From: Eledone cirrhosa
Lineage: Eukaryota
Assembly: GCA_964016885.1 (NCBI GenBank)
Contig: OZ024741.1
Span: 30,132,001 to 30,196,000 of the forward strand
Reading direction: 5' to 3'
Length of the DNA: 64,000 bases
Position 1 is the stretch's first letter; each line of letters opens with the position of its first letter. The position numbers and the translations under genes are program-made. Below the pieces are notes generated by a model. That model had not been told where the DNA came from and did not search any database. It saw nothing but the letters and a program-made list of their open reading frames with translations. Of the stretch, positions 1-16,273 are shown piece by piece.

Positions 1-3000
1 TTAAGGGTGTATCTAATAGGATTTCCACACTCTCTAAGGACGTAGGAACATTTAATGAACATGCGGAGTACTATAATAATGCTCTAGCTAATTCCGGTTA
101 CTCTAGTAAAATACATTATAATAATAGTAACCTTAGAAAGTCTCCGCTTACTTATAATAATAATAATATAATATCACATAACATGGCCATGAATGGGAGT
201 AGGAAGCATAATAACCGTAAAAATTACATAAGTGTATCTGAACCCATCCATAAGTTAACCCACGGGACTTGTAATAGGGAATATAATACCTCTTTGAAAC
301 AAGTCGAACCCTCTGAGCGCTCACTCATTGGTGATAATTTTGCTAGATCTAATTCTAATAATGTTGTTTCTACTGATCCTATTATTGGCCCTAATCCTTT
401 TGATGGCATTCCAGACGGCAGCAGATCTACTAGAGGTAGAAACAGTAATAGACTTAATGGAATTTTGGCTGATTCTAATAATGCGGTTTTAACTAATCCT
501 TGTAGTAACACTAGTCTTAATAATGGGATTTTAGATAATGGTAGAGTCGGTAAGGATAAAAATAGAAGGAGACTAAATACTTATTTTAACCCGCCATATA
601 ATCAGGAAGTATTAACTAATATCCCTAGGTCTTTCTTTTCTATCTTAGGGAAAAATTTCCCCCCTTCTCATAAATACCATAGTATTTTTAATAAAAATGT
701 TTATTAAACTTTCATTCTCTACCACCCCTAATATTAGTTCTCATTTAGCTAGCACTAACAATAGGAAAATTAGGGATGGATTCTCCTCTCTACATACTAC
801 TAGTCTGAACAGATCTGCAAATGCCTTACCACCAGAGCAGACCTTATCTAATAGTAATCCTACGTGTAATGCATCACTACTTCAGCCAACCAATAGCACC
901 CGGAAGTGTAACTGTAGAGTGAGTGCTAACTGCCCTTTAAACGGTAACTGCCTCTCTAAGAACATCGTCTATGCTTGCGTAGTTATTACTAATTCCTCTA
1001 ATAGAACTTATATAGGCTCTACATCTAACACTTTTAAGACTAGGTTTAATTCTCATATCTCTAATTTCAAACATGTTAAGTTTAAGAATTCTACTTCTTT
1101 AGCACACTATATCTGGGATCTTAAGGGGGCTAATATACCATATAGCCTTAATTGGCGTTTAGTAGCACGCTCTAATAACCTTTCTACACATACTAAATTT
1201 TGTAATCTCTGTATCCTCGAGACACACTCTATAATCTTCTCTAGTGAATCCTTACTTAATAGAAAGTCTGAGATATTCTCTTCTTTCCCCCAAGCTATTT
1301 CTAATTCTTACTTTTATTATAAACCTAAAGGTTCTAGTAGTATAAATTGTATCCATTAGCTGATATATTCCATTACTTATTTTTTTAGTTTAGCTTCTTT
1401 TTGTTTACGACCATTATTATCATCATTATTCTAGCTCTCATAATCTTTTGGCTACTATACCATATCTATCTTCTTACGCATTAAATGTTCACTATTAACA
1501 CCTTATGAGTATATACCTGATTATATATTTTACATTATTTTATTTTATTTTATTTTATTTTATTTGGATTCTTCATTGGATACCCCCCCCCCACACACAC
1601 ACTTACCCCCCCCCCCATGCACACAAACTTATTGTCAACCCCTTCAAATATATTATGATTATATTTAATCCCCCCCCTCTTTTACGCTCCTTTCTATTAT
1701 TTAATATAGTATATTGACTATGATTTTATGCTCCTTTGTATCCTCCATACATTTCTTATTTTCTGTCCCTATTAGCCTACCATAATTCTGCTTAAGTCAG
1801 TTTTTTAGATATCGTTTTGTAAATGATAGTAGAAAATTTCATTCCTTTATATATATATATTTGTAGTGAAATATTAACGTTTATAAATTTTGATTACTTA
1901 AACCATGGCTAATATTGTATTGCCTTATTAGATATTTTAAATATTTTTAATATTAATTTATCAAATAGGGTTTTCGAGTCATTTACCTGGGTTGTTTCCT
2001 AAGTTTTTACTTAACTGCATGTGAGACCTAAGTATATACTTTTGTTTTTGTTTTTTAATTTTAATTTCCGGTTGATTTTATTTTATTTATTTATTTATTT
2101 ATTTATTTACTTATTAATACAACTGTGCATTCTATTTTCTGTCTGGCCCTTATTCACTCATCCACATATATGTCTGTTTACCAACCTTGTAATTATAAGT
2201 AATTATATATTATATTATGTTTATTATTTTATATTGTAGTTGTTATTGTACTATGGATCCTTATTACTTACCGTTGATTATATGTACCATTATGATATGT
2301 TAAATTTTATATATCATGTAAGATGTTTATATTTTTGTACCATCATAATTTTGGGTATTGTACAATTTATATTTTTTTCTCACCTACTCTGTAACTCTAT
2401 ATGAATTGATTTGTTAACTTACATGCCATTATATATTATATATTATATATGTTATTATATTATTATTATAGTATTATTGTGACATCTATATTGTTTGTGT
2501 AAATTAACCGGAGATTATCTATTATATTATATTATATAGTATATAATTATATAGTTTATTATATATTATATGTGTTACTTTTAATCATTTTATTACTTCA
2601 TGTATATTAGATATACGTATTATTATTATTATTATTATTATTATTTTTATTCCTATCATGCTTATTTATATTTAAACTCTTAATAAGGTTTAATTTGTGC
2701 TGTTAAAGATGGATATGTGTATTGATGTATATGTATATGTGCGTACGTGTGCGTACATATATACATATGTATATTGTGCCTTTTAATTTGTATTGTAATT
2801 TTAATATTGTTACAAGTATATGATATTATATTATATAGTATTATATATAATTCCACCTTTGTTTAGCTCTAGGTTTTTTGCTTTGGACTATATTTGTAAT
2901 ATGGTTCTAAATGTTATACACCTCCTTAGTGATTTTTATTATATATTTTTACCCATAATCATGCAATACTTTAGTGTTTGTACACTCCATATTATTCGGA

Positions 3001-3230
3001 GTTTTCGGCTTGTATTGGCTGATAGTACTTCTTGTTGTTTTAATTGCCCTGATGAGTCCTTAATAGGACGAAACATTGTTGGCTAATAAAGACTTTTGAT
3101 GTATTGAAGGCTTCTTTGTTTTATTTTCATAATTCTTCGGCTCTGTCTCATTACATTGAGCTATACCTTTTACTGCCATTTCTATAATATGAAGAGGGTG
3201 TTTAACTCCAACACGCTCCAGTATTTTAAT

Positions 3231-3235
<5 letters not shown>
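1..3235 (+). mobile_element. Penelope-like retroelement, 3' part (probably Hydra clade): RT thumb, linker, GIY-YIG, long AT-rich 3' region, HHR, ends at (TA)n
   Basis: ORFs 183-707 and 697-1359 (frameshifted) give YFNPPYN...FPPSHKYHSIFNK, CNCRVSANCPLNGNCL, IVY...YIGSTSNTFKTRFNSH, CNLCILE. HHR and AATAAA at 3046-3090. Clade assignment is inferred from the CxC linker and C-terminal endonuclease. Confidence 0.85.
3046..3083 (+). ncRNA. Minimal type-I hammerhead ribozyme
   Basis: gcc-CTGATGA-gtcct-taat-aggac-GAAA-cattg-TT-ggc: stem I gcc/ggc, stem II 5 bp, GUU site, then AATAAA. Confidence 0.9.
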
Positions 3236-4606
<1,371 letters not shown>

Positions 4607-4799
4607 TCTGTCGCAACGCTGGAAATTACAATGTCAGATAAAGCTCCCTTAAATCACATACACGCGATTTTATAATGTATCCCTGGCATAACATGCTACA
4701 AACCTTTTCAAACTTTTTCCCCCCACCGTAGATAACATTCCTCTCTGGAGTGACTCTTTTCTTTTCGGGCTACGCACTCAGTTCAGTAATGTTACTCAA

Positions 4800-5121
4800 A
4801 AGACCATTCGGAGGAACCCTATTTCGGCCGCTTGTATTCATGCCCATAAGTAATGGTTGGCACGAAAACCGAATTGATGATAGTGAGCCTGGCTTTTACA
4901 CATATCTCCCTTCTGATTACTGAATGTTGAAGCTGGTGCATTACTGCACCAGCTCTTGCAATTCTTGCATTTAATTCAGCCTCTTGCATTTCGTCATTCG
5001 TGAACACGTCCCCGAGTCCTTTGAACCTCTCTATCTGCTTTAGTGGAACTCCCTGCAGAGTGCACTGTGCACGCTTCCTTGAAAAGACGACTGTCTCAGT
5101 TTTTGCAGCACTGATTTTCAT
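4800..5121 (-). mobile_element. RTE-like LINE RT C-terminal fragment
   Basis: KISAAKTE...LKQIERFKGLG...ELNARIARA...KARLTIINSVFVPTITYGHE matches the typical post-RT region of RTE elements. Confidence 0.75.
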
Positions 5122-6810
5122 TATGCAGCTTGATTTTTATAATCTCTATACTTAATGTTCACATGTTTTCAGATAGTCAATGTTACTGTTGCTAATGAAA
5201 CTATTTTGAATAATATTAGTTTCACATTCTAATGAAGACTATTTTTCACTGTAACAACATACAGATTTGTATTAGTAGATCAAATAATTCTGGTTAATGG
5301 ATTTAACGTTTGTATATTATAATTAAAGATTTCTCTTAATCTTTCATTTTTAACAACTGAAATTCTTTTATAGATGAAATTATTTGTGAAAATATCACAC
5401 TTGCGAGAATGTTATTGCCTTTATGGTGACATTTTTATTAATATTCTCACTTCAGCACTCCGAAGCACCACTAAAAACTGATCATTTGAAATTAAAAATG
5501 TAATGTGCAGATTCATTCTAAAGCTGTCAAAATGTACTTTAAAATGTAAAATTTTAATGGCATACTTTATATTTTATCGCTGTTAAAAAAGAATATAAAT
5601 TATTGTCATATTATTGCAAAACATAGTAGACTGACTATTACCATGTACTTGCACCATACTGGGTTCAAACTCTGGTATGGATCCCCAAGATGAATTGTAG
5701 GTTTGCATTCTGCCAAGGTTAAGAAATCATGGATGATAAAGGTAAATATTAATAGGAAAAAAAAACTGACACATTTAAAAGGCTTTCTAGATAAAACATT
5801 GTGAAAACGTATGCCATTATTTCCCCTTGTTGCTTGGGTAAAATTTACTTTTTCAGAGACAATTACTTTCAATGTCTGACCACAGACTATTTCATTTCAG
5901 AGAAAGAGTGAAAAAGAAACAAGAAAAATCAAATAAATAAATTGGACCGAAGTACTTGACTGGTACATTATTGATTTGGTCCTGAAATGCTGGCAAGAGA
6001 ATTAAACTTCGACTGGATGTCAGCTTTGGGCATAAAGACGCGTAAGGTATTCTATAAAACACTTATACATAAATGCCTATTCACCGCCTTACACTAGTAA
6101 TAAGAATAATCCACTAATAGTGGAGGGAAACTCATATGGAAATACAAGTTACAGAACGATATGGACGCTCGATAAATAATCAAAGAGTTGCAAAAATATA
6201 TTTCAACATAATAAGCATGCCCCTACATGACGAATGGCTGTGTAATTTACCAAGTCAACTAGCAACCTCAATGAACCTGGATTTGATATGAAATCCAATT
6301 TCAGTAGAAATGAGGAAAGACCAGTCCTGGTTAGTTTAGATTCTAAACTTTAAAATATAATATGAAGATACAAAGAAACTAATAAAGTTTATAGCTGAAG
6401 AGGTGCTTTCGATAGGAATACGAGGAGAGCCAAAAAAGCGAAGTCCTTAAAACAAGAACGCAATGCTATGAGCAGATAATCCTACAGGGAAGGAAGGTAT
6501 CTTCAAATTATTGAAGGACATCGAAATTAGAAGTCATTTGAATGGCTAAAGATAGGGAATGTAAAGGGGGAGATATAGAGCTTGTGTTTTGTTTACTACA
6601 GGTTACCCCAATGCATTTTTCTGTATGTCTTGAACTGCATTACCCAATATAATAAACTGTTATAGTTTGCTTGAAGCATTGTAAATAATATATAACGTTG
6701 AAAGAGATAGAAGGCTGAGCAATGCAAAATGGAATGTAAGATGAGGTAACGAAAAGTAAAGGTTACCTGGTAATCTTTGTTTTGTTTTGCTGTTGTTGTT
6801 CTATTATCTC

Positions 6811-6848
6811 TCCAATATTTCGGGACATAGCAGTCCCTTCATCGGGGT
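6811..6848 (-). ncRNA. Hammerhead-like motif, degenerate, CCGAUGA core
   Basis: Reverse complement: cc-CCGATGA-a-GGGAC-tgctat-GTCCC-GAAA-tatt-gg. Stems I and III are very short. Confidence 0.5.
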
Positions 6849-8131
6849 TTAAGGAACTCTCAGCAGATAATGTTCCAGTTTCCTCTCTTTGGGATCAAAT
6901 TTTGATTTTGATTAAAAAATTTTCGAAGTCGTTTTCAAGCGTTTTTCGATGGCTACTTCGCTTTCCACGTTAATGACGGCAATTGCCAATATAGCATTTC
7001 GCGAAAAAGAAAAAAGAAGAAAAAAAAAAAGGAAAAAAAAAATCATTTCGCGAAATACTATATTGGCAATTATATAATGGTTTGATGATTTTGTTGCTAT
7101 GGTGGAGTTGGTGATGAAGTTGCTTGCGGTTTTTGTGTTGGTCGTTTTGGATTGCTGGACAGGGAGGAGGTGTTTGTGGTAGAAGCGTTGGTGTTGATGT
7201 GGTTATAGTTTCATTTGTGGTGTTGGAATTGTTGCTGTTGTAGTGTGTATGAGGGGGAGGGGTTATAGGTAGTACAGTTGACAGTAAAGGTGATTTGTTT
7301 TTAATGGTGGTGGGCGAGATTGTTGTGATGGTATGTGTGGTATGTTAGTGAAGTTGTAGGTGATGATATCGTAGTTCATGTTTTTTGTTGTAATGTTTGA
7401 TGGAGAGTGGTATGGATATCTAATGTTGTTATTTATGTCGTTGGTATTAGTAATGGGATTTCGGCCCTTGAGGCCAATAACTGAAACTATTAGTAATGGT
7501 ATTGCTGTTGTCGGTGGAGATGGTGTTGTTAAATGGAACATTTTTGATAGGGATAGTAGTGCTGTTTCTGAGGGCTAGGAGTTTAATGATGCAGTTGTTT
7601 TTATTGTAGGTGGCGTTGGCATTGTGGGTCCCGTTTTTGATGGCAGCGTCGTTTGTGAAGGGTTAATTATGTTGTTGATGGAGGTTTGGTGTATACTAAT
7701 GAGAATAAATAGAAACATGGCAATATGAGTTACGGTGGGGATACAGAAATAATATGAAAGACAATCTACAAAGCAATATGTTTACTCTGCTTTGATTAAA
7801 TTCTTCTGAATCTGTGCCTTCACACATCTAACCCCCGACCGCTTTCAAAAGAAATCCAGCCATACCGCAACCACCATCACCACCACCAGCAACAACAACA
7901 ACAGCAGCAGCACCTCCACAACCACCAGGATTCTACTATACCTCATTTTATTCCATTCCTCTTTCCTCACACGAGTTAATTATTCATTTTCACTAGTGTA
8001 TTGATTACGTGCCTCAATTATTTGCATCTACATGTCTCTCTAATTGCAGAATAAGTAATCAATGTACACACGCATACACACAGAGAAACACATTGGCACA
8101 CACACAAGCATACACACATACGCGCACAAAC

Positions 8132-8196
<65 letters not shown>

Positions 8197-8419
8197 TATA
8201 TATATATATATATATATGAATATGTATATATAAATATATAAATATATCTGTATATATATGTATAAATATGTATATATAAATATATAAATATATATGTATA
8301 TATATATATACAAATATATTTAGATATATTTAGATATATTAATTATGTAAATATGCAAATATACGTGTAAATATATAAATTACATGTAAATAAATATACA
8401 TGTTACTATATAAATATAC

Positions 8420-8455
<36 letters not shown>

Positions 8456-8460
8456 TATAT

Positions 8461-8985
8461 ATATATAAGTACGTATACGTACATACATATATGTGTACAG
8501 ACATACAGTAGTATGTATATATATACATACATGCACACATATATATATGTACGTATGGGTTTACCGAACATTTATTTTAATGTTCGGTTTGTTTGTAAAC
8601 AAACAGCCCGAATTACGCCGTACAGTGCTCGGCAAGTTTCGTCGCCCTTTTGTTCAACACTGACACAGGAACGATGTACTAGTTTCAAGCTTATTAGCTA
8701 TCGTCTTAAAACTAGTACATCGTTCCTGTGTCAGTGTTGAACAAAAGGGCGACGAAGCTTGCCGAGCACTGTACGGCGTAATTCGGGCTGTTTGTTTACA
8801 AACAAACCGAACATTAAAATAAATGTTCGGTAAACCCATCCGTACATATATATATGTGTGTGCATGTATATATATATATACATACTACTGTATGTCTGTA
8901 TACATATATGTATGTACGTATACGTACTTATATTTAGGTATCAGCCGTACTAAGAGTGAGAAATGAAATTTCGTTTCATTCTTTT

Positions 8986-8988
<3 letters not shown>
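8461..8988. mobile_element. Fold-back element: about 230 bp inverted arms (8461-8689 / 8705-8933) plus a 55 bp tail, in (TA)n
   Basis: Near-perfect palindrome. A diverged single arm recurs at about 60510-60753. Confidence 0.85.
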
Positions 8989-9037
<49 letters not shown>

Positions 9038-9160
9038 ATACATACGTGATCAAAGATTTTTAGAGGTATTAATATTTGTTGAAATATTCTATATACAAAA
9101 AATAGACATCACTATAAATTTAATGACAGCATAGTCTCTCACTCACATTAGTGCACACAC

Positions 9161-9197
<37 letters not shown>

Positions 9198-9207
9198 AAC
9201 ACTTACA

Positions 9208-9257
<50 letters not shown>

Positions 9258-9310
9258 TCAAATATATATATAAATTTGTGTGTGTTCATATATATTTATG
9301 CACCCATATA

Positions 9311-9387
<77 letters not shown>

Positions 9388-9457
9388 TAACCGATTGTGT
9401 TGTTATTTCTGTTTACCTTTTACATACACACACACATACACATACACACACACACAC

Positions 9458-9529
<72 letters not shown>

Positions 9530-9899
9530 ATAATTATAGATAAATATATGTGTTTGTGCGATGATGTCTGTAAGTTTATGCGTATATATATACCTGTGTA
9601 TGGATGCAAAGTCAATATAAATAAACGACTATGTGAGCATATTTTCATAATCTAAGTATTTTATTCAGTCAGTTCAAAGGAAAACTAATCAGCGTCTGCA
9701 ATTTCATGATTCCTTTTATTCCTATGATATCGCTGATTTACTCCCCTTTGATAATTCTAAATTATATTAAGCCAGCAGAGATTTAACTATGCAACAGATT
9801 AAATATAAGTGCATTGTTTCCTATAATAGTATAGGGCGTAGTGTAATTGCATGACGCAAGCTTCCATTTTAATTACATTTACATATATGTATTTGTATA

Positions 9900-10092
9900 T
9901 AATTGTTTCTACTTTTGGCACAAGGCCAGCAATTATCACAGTGCGTTACGGGTACTTCATTGTATTGACCCCGTAAGGATGAAAGGCAAAGTTAACCTCG
10001 GGGGGATTTGAACTCAGTGCGTAAAGGGGCGTAACTCTATGCTGCAAAACATGCTGTCCTATCATCAACCGATACTGCCAATCCAACGCCTT
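9900..10092 (-). mobile_element. tRNA-derived SINE, family A
   Basis: B-box gagttcaaatccc, body ttaactttgcctttcatcc...gtcgataaaataaagtacc and 3' end ggccttgtgccaaaagtagaaacaatta shared by at least 11 copies here. Confidence 0.85.
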
Positions 10093-10336
10093 TGTATATA
10101 ATATGTGTGCTTATATATAATATTATACACACACACACACACACACACAAACACAAATTCAGACAAGTACACATACACACACACACGCGCACAATGAGTG
10201 GGGTGGAGCCCCATCAAATCGGACCGAGGAAACAATGTTCCATTGGTCTTTTCGGTTGTTAATACAATCTGTCGGTCGCAAATCCAGTCTAAATAGTGAG
10301 TTTCAATGATCTAACACAGGATCATGAGACAGCCAT

Positions 10337-10378
10337 CTGTCGGATGAACCTGTGATAAACGAAACTTCAGAGTAACAG
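10337..10378 (+). ncRNA. Degenerate hammerhead-like motif (CGGAUGA core, no clear stem II)
   Basis: ctgt-CGGATGA-acctgtgataaac-GAAA-cttcagag-TA-acag, with AATAAA about 20 nt downstream. Confidence 0.4.
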
Positions 10379-10488
10379 GATTCACTGTTTAGTCTTAATA
10401 AAAAGATTAAAACTCAACTTCGGTATTGAGTACTCTTTTATTTAACCCGTCAACCCCATACGGATATACATATATATATACATATACA

Positions 10489-10575
<87 letters not shown>

Positions 10576-10731
10576 TCAGGTTATCAATAATGTAGTGATA
10601 ATATATCGTTACGTTAGAGATGAACAGCGTACGTGCAGGTTTGCTCAACGAGTATAAATTATATTCCGGAGAAATGTAGAAAGGATGAATATAAAATGAA
10701 AGTGCTTTTGTTAAAAAAGGAATTTATTAGG

Positions 10732-10848
10732 TATTGACATATGTTTCTGTAACAGACCGAATACCTATGTATCGCTGCTTGCGTAATCATATAATGTTAG
10801 CAAGTATTCGATAGCAAATGTATAATCAGTTGTCACTTCTTCAGAGAT
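10732..10848 (-). ncRNA. Hammerhead with 90-nt domain II (3' pLTR copy)
   Basis: Reverse complement of the motif at 13575-13692. Confidence 0.75.
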
Positions 10849-13574
10849 TTTGGATAAACTGGATAAAATCAGAAAAATGGAAGTATTTATATTAGTAAAA
10901 GAGGAAGGAACAGAGGGGATAGAATATGACAGATGGTAAAATAATTTACTGCTAAACAAGTATATAATGGGTTTTTAATGAGAATACCATGAGTAAATCT
11001 AAATAAGAATTTTGGGGGTGCCGATTTTAATCTCTACTTGACCAACTGGACAGTGGACAGGGCTGGTCATTTGGTGCAGTAGTATTAATCATAAAGTGTC
11101 AATTGGGGAAGGGGGAGATTTCGATTGCTACTAAATAACATCAATGCTAGTAGTCAGCTGGTATTTGCACTAGGGAATTGAATCAAAAAATCAGAAATCT
11201 CATTTTATCTATAGCAGTTTGTATTAAAAGGTAAATAATAGAAGAGTTGATAGAATTAAGACTAATAAAGAATGTTCATATCTATTTTGACAATCAAACG
11301 GGGATAGAGACAGGCGTTCAATCCTGGTAGTATTTATAATATGAAAATGTAGATTTTAAGCGATGGTTACAGTATAACGATCGCTCTATTCTGTTATTTA
11401 ATAAAATGTTTTTGGATTTCATAATACAAAATAATTCTACATTACATAATCTACAAAATTCCTGTCCATTGGAATATGGGGGGGGCAGTCGCTATTATAT
11501 CCCATTTTAGGTGAAATTGTTGGTTATTTTCACGCAGCTGCCAAGCCTTGTCTGCGAGTGTTGTTACATAACGCTGGTTTTCATGTTTTATCGAATAACG
11601 ATGTCTATAAAGGCGTGATTTAAAGGAGGTGGCTGTAGATCCCACATAGTACCACTTCTGTCTATCCGATTCGATAGTACATTTGTATACGATGTTGCGT
11701 TCAAGACACTGGTTGTTCAACGGACACATTCCTGGTTGGACACAGTTGCAATTACAATTTTGCGTTGTTGTATTGCCATGGATGGGTTGATGAGGTTGCT
11801 TATGTAGGACAGGATGTTGTTTGTTGTTTTGTGATGTTATAGCTAATGTTTTACGTGTATTGTTATGTGTTGGAAGGCGTTTATACAACCGTTTTGCGTT
11901 AAGCATTTTTATATGTTGTTCAATATTAGGGGCGGTTGAATATGAAAGTCGGATGGTGTTAGGGTTTAAGATTTTATTATATTTATGTGATGTTGGAAAG
12001 TGTTTTCTAACTAATCGAAAGAATTTTGAGGGTAGATTGGTTTTAATAGATTTGTTATAGACCGGGTTGTACCAGATATACTCCTTACATCGCCTTCTGT
12101 TTGGTGGTGTGCGACTATTATTGTGTCTATTGCGGTAGTGTATGTATGGTGGTGATTCTGTGCTATTTCTACTCCTATGTGATTTATTTTGGGTGTTTTG
12201 GTGATCATTGACTATATACTCTATATTATCTAGGTGACCGGCTTTCCTAAGTGCATCATCATAATACTCGGCATGTTCTTTGAAGGTTTGTTGGTTGGAC
12301 GATAGGCGGGAGATTCTAAGAGAAACATTTCTAGGGATGGATTTAATTATAGAGAGTGGATGGTTAGAACTCGTATTTACATATTTAAGGTTCTCATTTA
12401 GTTTATGGAACGGTTTAATCGTATCTGTATTGAGATTGAAAGTAACATCAAGGAAATTGACCTCTTTGAGGTTATATTCAAATGTAATATTTAATCCTAG
12501 TTCTTTAAAAAGTTTTCTGATATTTTTACGCATCCTTTCTAAATTCTGGTTATTCATATTCTTAACTAATAGGAGCGCATCGTCACGGTAAATTCCACCG
12601 TGGAGATCCTTGAATTTTCCTTGTAATCTGTCGGTGATATAAATTCCCACAAGATCTGTTACCTCGCCGAATCATTAGAACCCATAGTGATATCAAAATT
12701 AGAAGGTCTATCTTTGCGAACCCAGTAGCTATCATCGAATTTAACTATAGTTTTTCTCGCTTCCATAATAATTTTAATTTCAGCATCCGTAAGGTCGGAA
12801 TTATCCTTAGCGAACGAAAGAGCTTCATGCAGAGTATCAGGTGAAATTGAGGAATAATATTCATCAATATCAAACTAAATAAATTTTGATTTTTTCTTAT
12901 CAGTAATGTTGTTAAACCATCTTATTGCTTCATGAGTGTTACCCCATAGTTTAATCTCTACTTTAACCTTAACTTGGGGGATAATTCTGTCTAGTATATA
13001 TTTGCTAATTTTACCTATATCAGATTTAGAGGGGCATATAAGTCTAATATTAGGGTTAGTATCGAAGTTTACCTTGTGGTCCTTCAGGTTGAAGGATGGT
13101 ATAGCTGGTGTTAAGGGTTGCGTTCTATCGTCAATACAAAGTTTTTTAACAATATCACATGCCGAGTTGTTGATGTTTTTAAGTGTGGCTTCATTAGTTT
13201 TCCTGTATTTTTTATGCAATTCCTTACGGATGAAGTTATTGTAAGTGTCCACATCCATGGTATATACGTTTGATGTTTTGTCTGCTCTAACAATAACTCC
13301 ATTGGCGTTTTTTAGATTATTGAGCAGTGCCGTGATGTCATTCTGTAGTTTATTGTTCTTACGTTTTGTAAATTTGATCTCCATGATCATATCCATTAGG
13401 TCTTGTTCAAATGCATCCAAAAGTGGGTTTGAGGGTGGGTTCTTGTAAGATTTAAATCCAAATTTATCCTTGTTAAGATCCGATGTTTGGTTTATACGGC
13501 TTTTGTCAAAATGGAATGTTTTCCATCTGATTCGTCGAATAAAATCATTGGTCCTTCGTATCATACCTAGAATA

Positions 13575-13692
13575 TATCTCTGAAGAAGTGACAACTGATT
13601 ATACATTTGCTATCGAATACTTGCTAACATTATATGATTACGCAAGCAGCGATACATAGGTATTCGGTCTGTTACAGAAACATATGTCAATA
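13575..13692 (+). ncRNA. Hammerhead with 90-nt domain II
   Basis: CTGAAGA-a-GTGACA...TGTTAC-a-GAAA-CATATG-TC-aata: palindromic stem III, GUC site, weak stem I, then AATAAA. Confidence 0.75.
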
Positions 13693-13770
13693 CCTAATAA
13701 ATTCCTTTTTTAACAAAAGCACTTTCATTTTATATTCATCCCTTCTATATATATATATATATATATATAT

Positions 13771-14625
13771 AGTTATGCTTTGGGAGGGTCATGTTGCCAA
13801 TAAGAAACACACGCACCAGCGGCTTTCACTTCAATTTATTATGGATTAAATTTATAAATTTCCGGTTGGTTGGTTGGTTCCACAACCAGACGATTGTTCA
13901 TATATTGTCAAAGTTCTTTTGTCACACATTCTGTCACCTCTTCAGTGACTGGGGATTCTTTTCTTTGTTTTTGTGCCTCTCCTTTGTTCTGTCCTACGCC
14001 ATCTTGTTTTTGTGTGTGTTGTGTGCTTAAGTTGCGCATGTGTTACATCCGGGTGTCTGTGTGTGTTTATATTTGTTTATTTATTTGTTTATTTACATGT
14101 TACTGGTTGGTTATTTGTTCTATGTGTGTGTGTGTGTTTTCATTTTGTCCTTAATTGTAAGTTGTGATGTTGCTGTTCCATTCATGTTTTCTATTTATAG
14201 AAGGAATAACCAACCAGTAACATGTAAATAAATAAATAAATAAACAAATATAAACACAAACAGACACCAGGATGTAACACATGCGCAAACTGAGCACACA
14301 ACACACACAAAAACAAGATGGCGTAGGACAGAACAAAGGAGAGGCACAAAAACAAAGAAAAGAATCCCCAGTCACTGAAGAGGTGACAGCATGTGTGACG
14401 AAAGAACTTTGACAATGTATGAACAATCGTCTGGTTGTGGAACCAACCAACCAACGGGAAATGTATAAATTCCTAAATTTATAAATTTAATCTATAATAA
14501 ATTGAAGTGAAAGCAACTGGTGCGTGTGTTTCTTATTGGCAACATGACCCTCCCAAAGCATAATTATATCGGTTTCAACACACGTTTTCAGATAATGAAA
14601 CTTGCTAAACAAATTCAGAAACGAA
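13771..14625. mobile_element. Non-coding fold-back element family B1: arms about 13772-14115 / 14205-14563, tail to 14625, one HHR per arm
   Basis: About 345 bp inverted arms with terminus ttatgctttgggagggtcatg. Related copies at 16270-16370 and 44025-44382. Confidence 0.88.
14371..14413 (+). ncRNA. Hammerhead with extra nt after A9; antisense twin 13907-13949, further copy 44182-44224 (-)
   Basis: gtca-CTGAAGA-g-GTGACA-gcatg-TGTGAC-GAAA-gaac-TT-tgac: stem I 4 bp, stem II with one G.G mismatch. Confidence 0.75.
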
Positions 14626-14659
14626 ATATATATATACATATATTATTATATATATATAA

Positions 14660-14850
14660 GGGCGGTCGATTGGCAGTAACGGTAGAGGGTCGGACGCCAT
14701 GCTTTCCAGCATAGTTAAGTACCTTTACGATCTGAGTTCAAATCCCGCCGAGGTTGACTTTGCCTTTCATGCTTACTGGGTCGATAAAATAAAGTACCAG
14801 TAATGCACTGGGTAATTGCTGGCCTTGTGCCTAAAGTAGAAACAATTATT
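14660..14850 (+). mobile_element. SINE family A
   Basis: A-box-like tggcagtaacggtag, B-box gagttcaaatccc, conserved body and 3' end. Confidence 0.88.
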
Positions 14851-15643
14851 ATATATATATATATATATATCAGTATGGGGTTGACGGGTTAAAGAAAAGA
14901 GTACTCAATACCGAAGTTGAGTTTTAATATTCTTTTATGTATATAAATATGCATATATATATATATATAGGAAATGTGACGTTTCAAATAATACTTTCGT
15001 AAAGTATTATTTGAAACGTATATATATATATATCTGTGTGTGTGTGTGTGTGTGTGTGTGTCTGTCTGTCTCCGTGTATGTGTGTATGTATGTATTTGCT
15101 TGTGTGAGTGTTTATGCGAATGTGTGTGTCTGTGAAAGTTTATTTTTTTGTATATACGTTGAACATATTTTCATTCTCTTAATTATATACATCAGATATG
15201 GATATTTATGGTCCGTATAATTATAAATATTTAAAATCTATTTTATTTACGTATTTAATTTATTTCATTTTATTTTTATACCTAACGATGATCATTTAAT
15301 TATATCACAATTTTCGTTTGTAGATTCAATATGATAAAAAACTTTTGATGTTAAAAAGCAAGCCCGGTTTTATATGGTGTGTTCTTATATGCCCTTATAA
15401 GGTGGTTCTCCTCTCAAAGAATGTATGCGAATATATATATACAAAGAGGGAGAGAGAGAGGGGGGTATAGATACACATGTCGATATATACATACATATAT
15501 ACACTTAATGATCACGGAAACACTATGATAAACGATTCATCTGTCCAGTCAAAAACCATATCATGTTGACGTAGTCTTCGATTTACACTAACGGAATCTG
15601 ATCACTACTATTTTCTCCCTCTCTCTCTCTCTTTCTCTCTCCG

Positions 15644-16190
<547 letters not shown>

Positions 16191-16200
16191 TATATATATA

Positions 16201-16273
<73 letters not shown>

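Larger units (their letters stand above)
10570..13747 (-). mobile_element. Penelope-like element (probably Hydra clade) with inverted pseudo-LTRs (about 10680-10848 / 13577-13747) and tail 10570-10680
   Basis: Minus-strand ORFs 12875-13606 and 11451-12650: RADKTS, GGIYRDD, VNFLDVTFNL, CNCVQPGMCPLNNQCL, YYVGSTATSFKSR. Ends are inverted copies of each other; (TA)n on both sides. Confidence 0.92.

Noticed and set aside
8731-8771. Possible variant hammerhead (cagtg-ttgaaca...gaa.c...cactg)
   Set aside because: No stem II, and GAAA is not conserved in the right arm or in the copy at 60680-60712.
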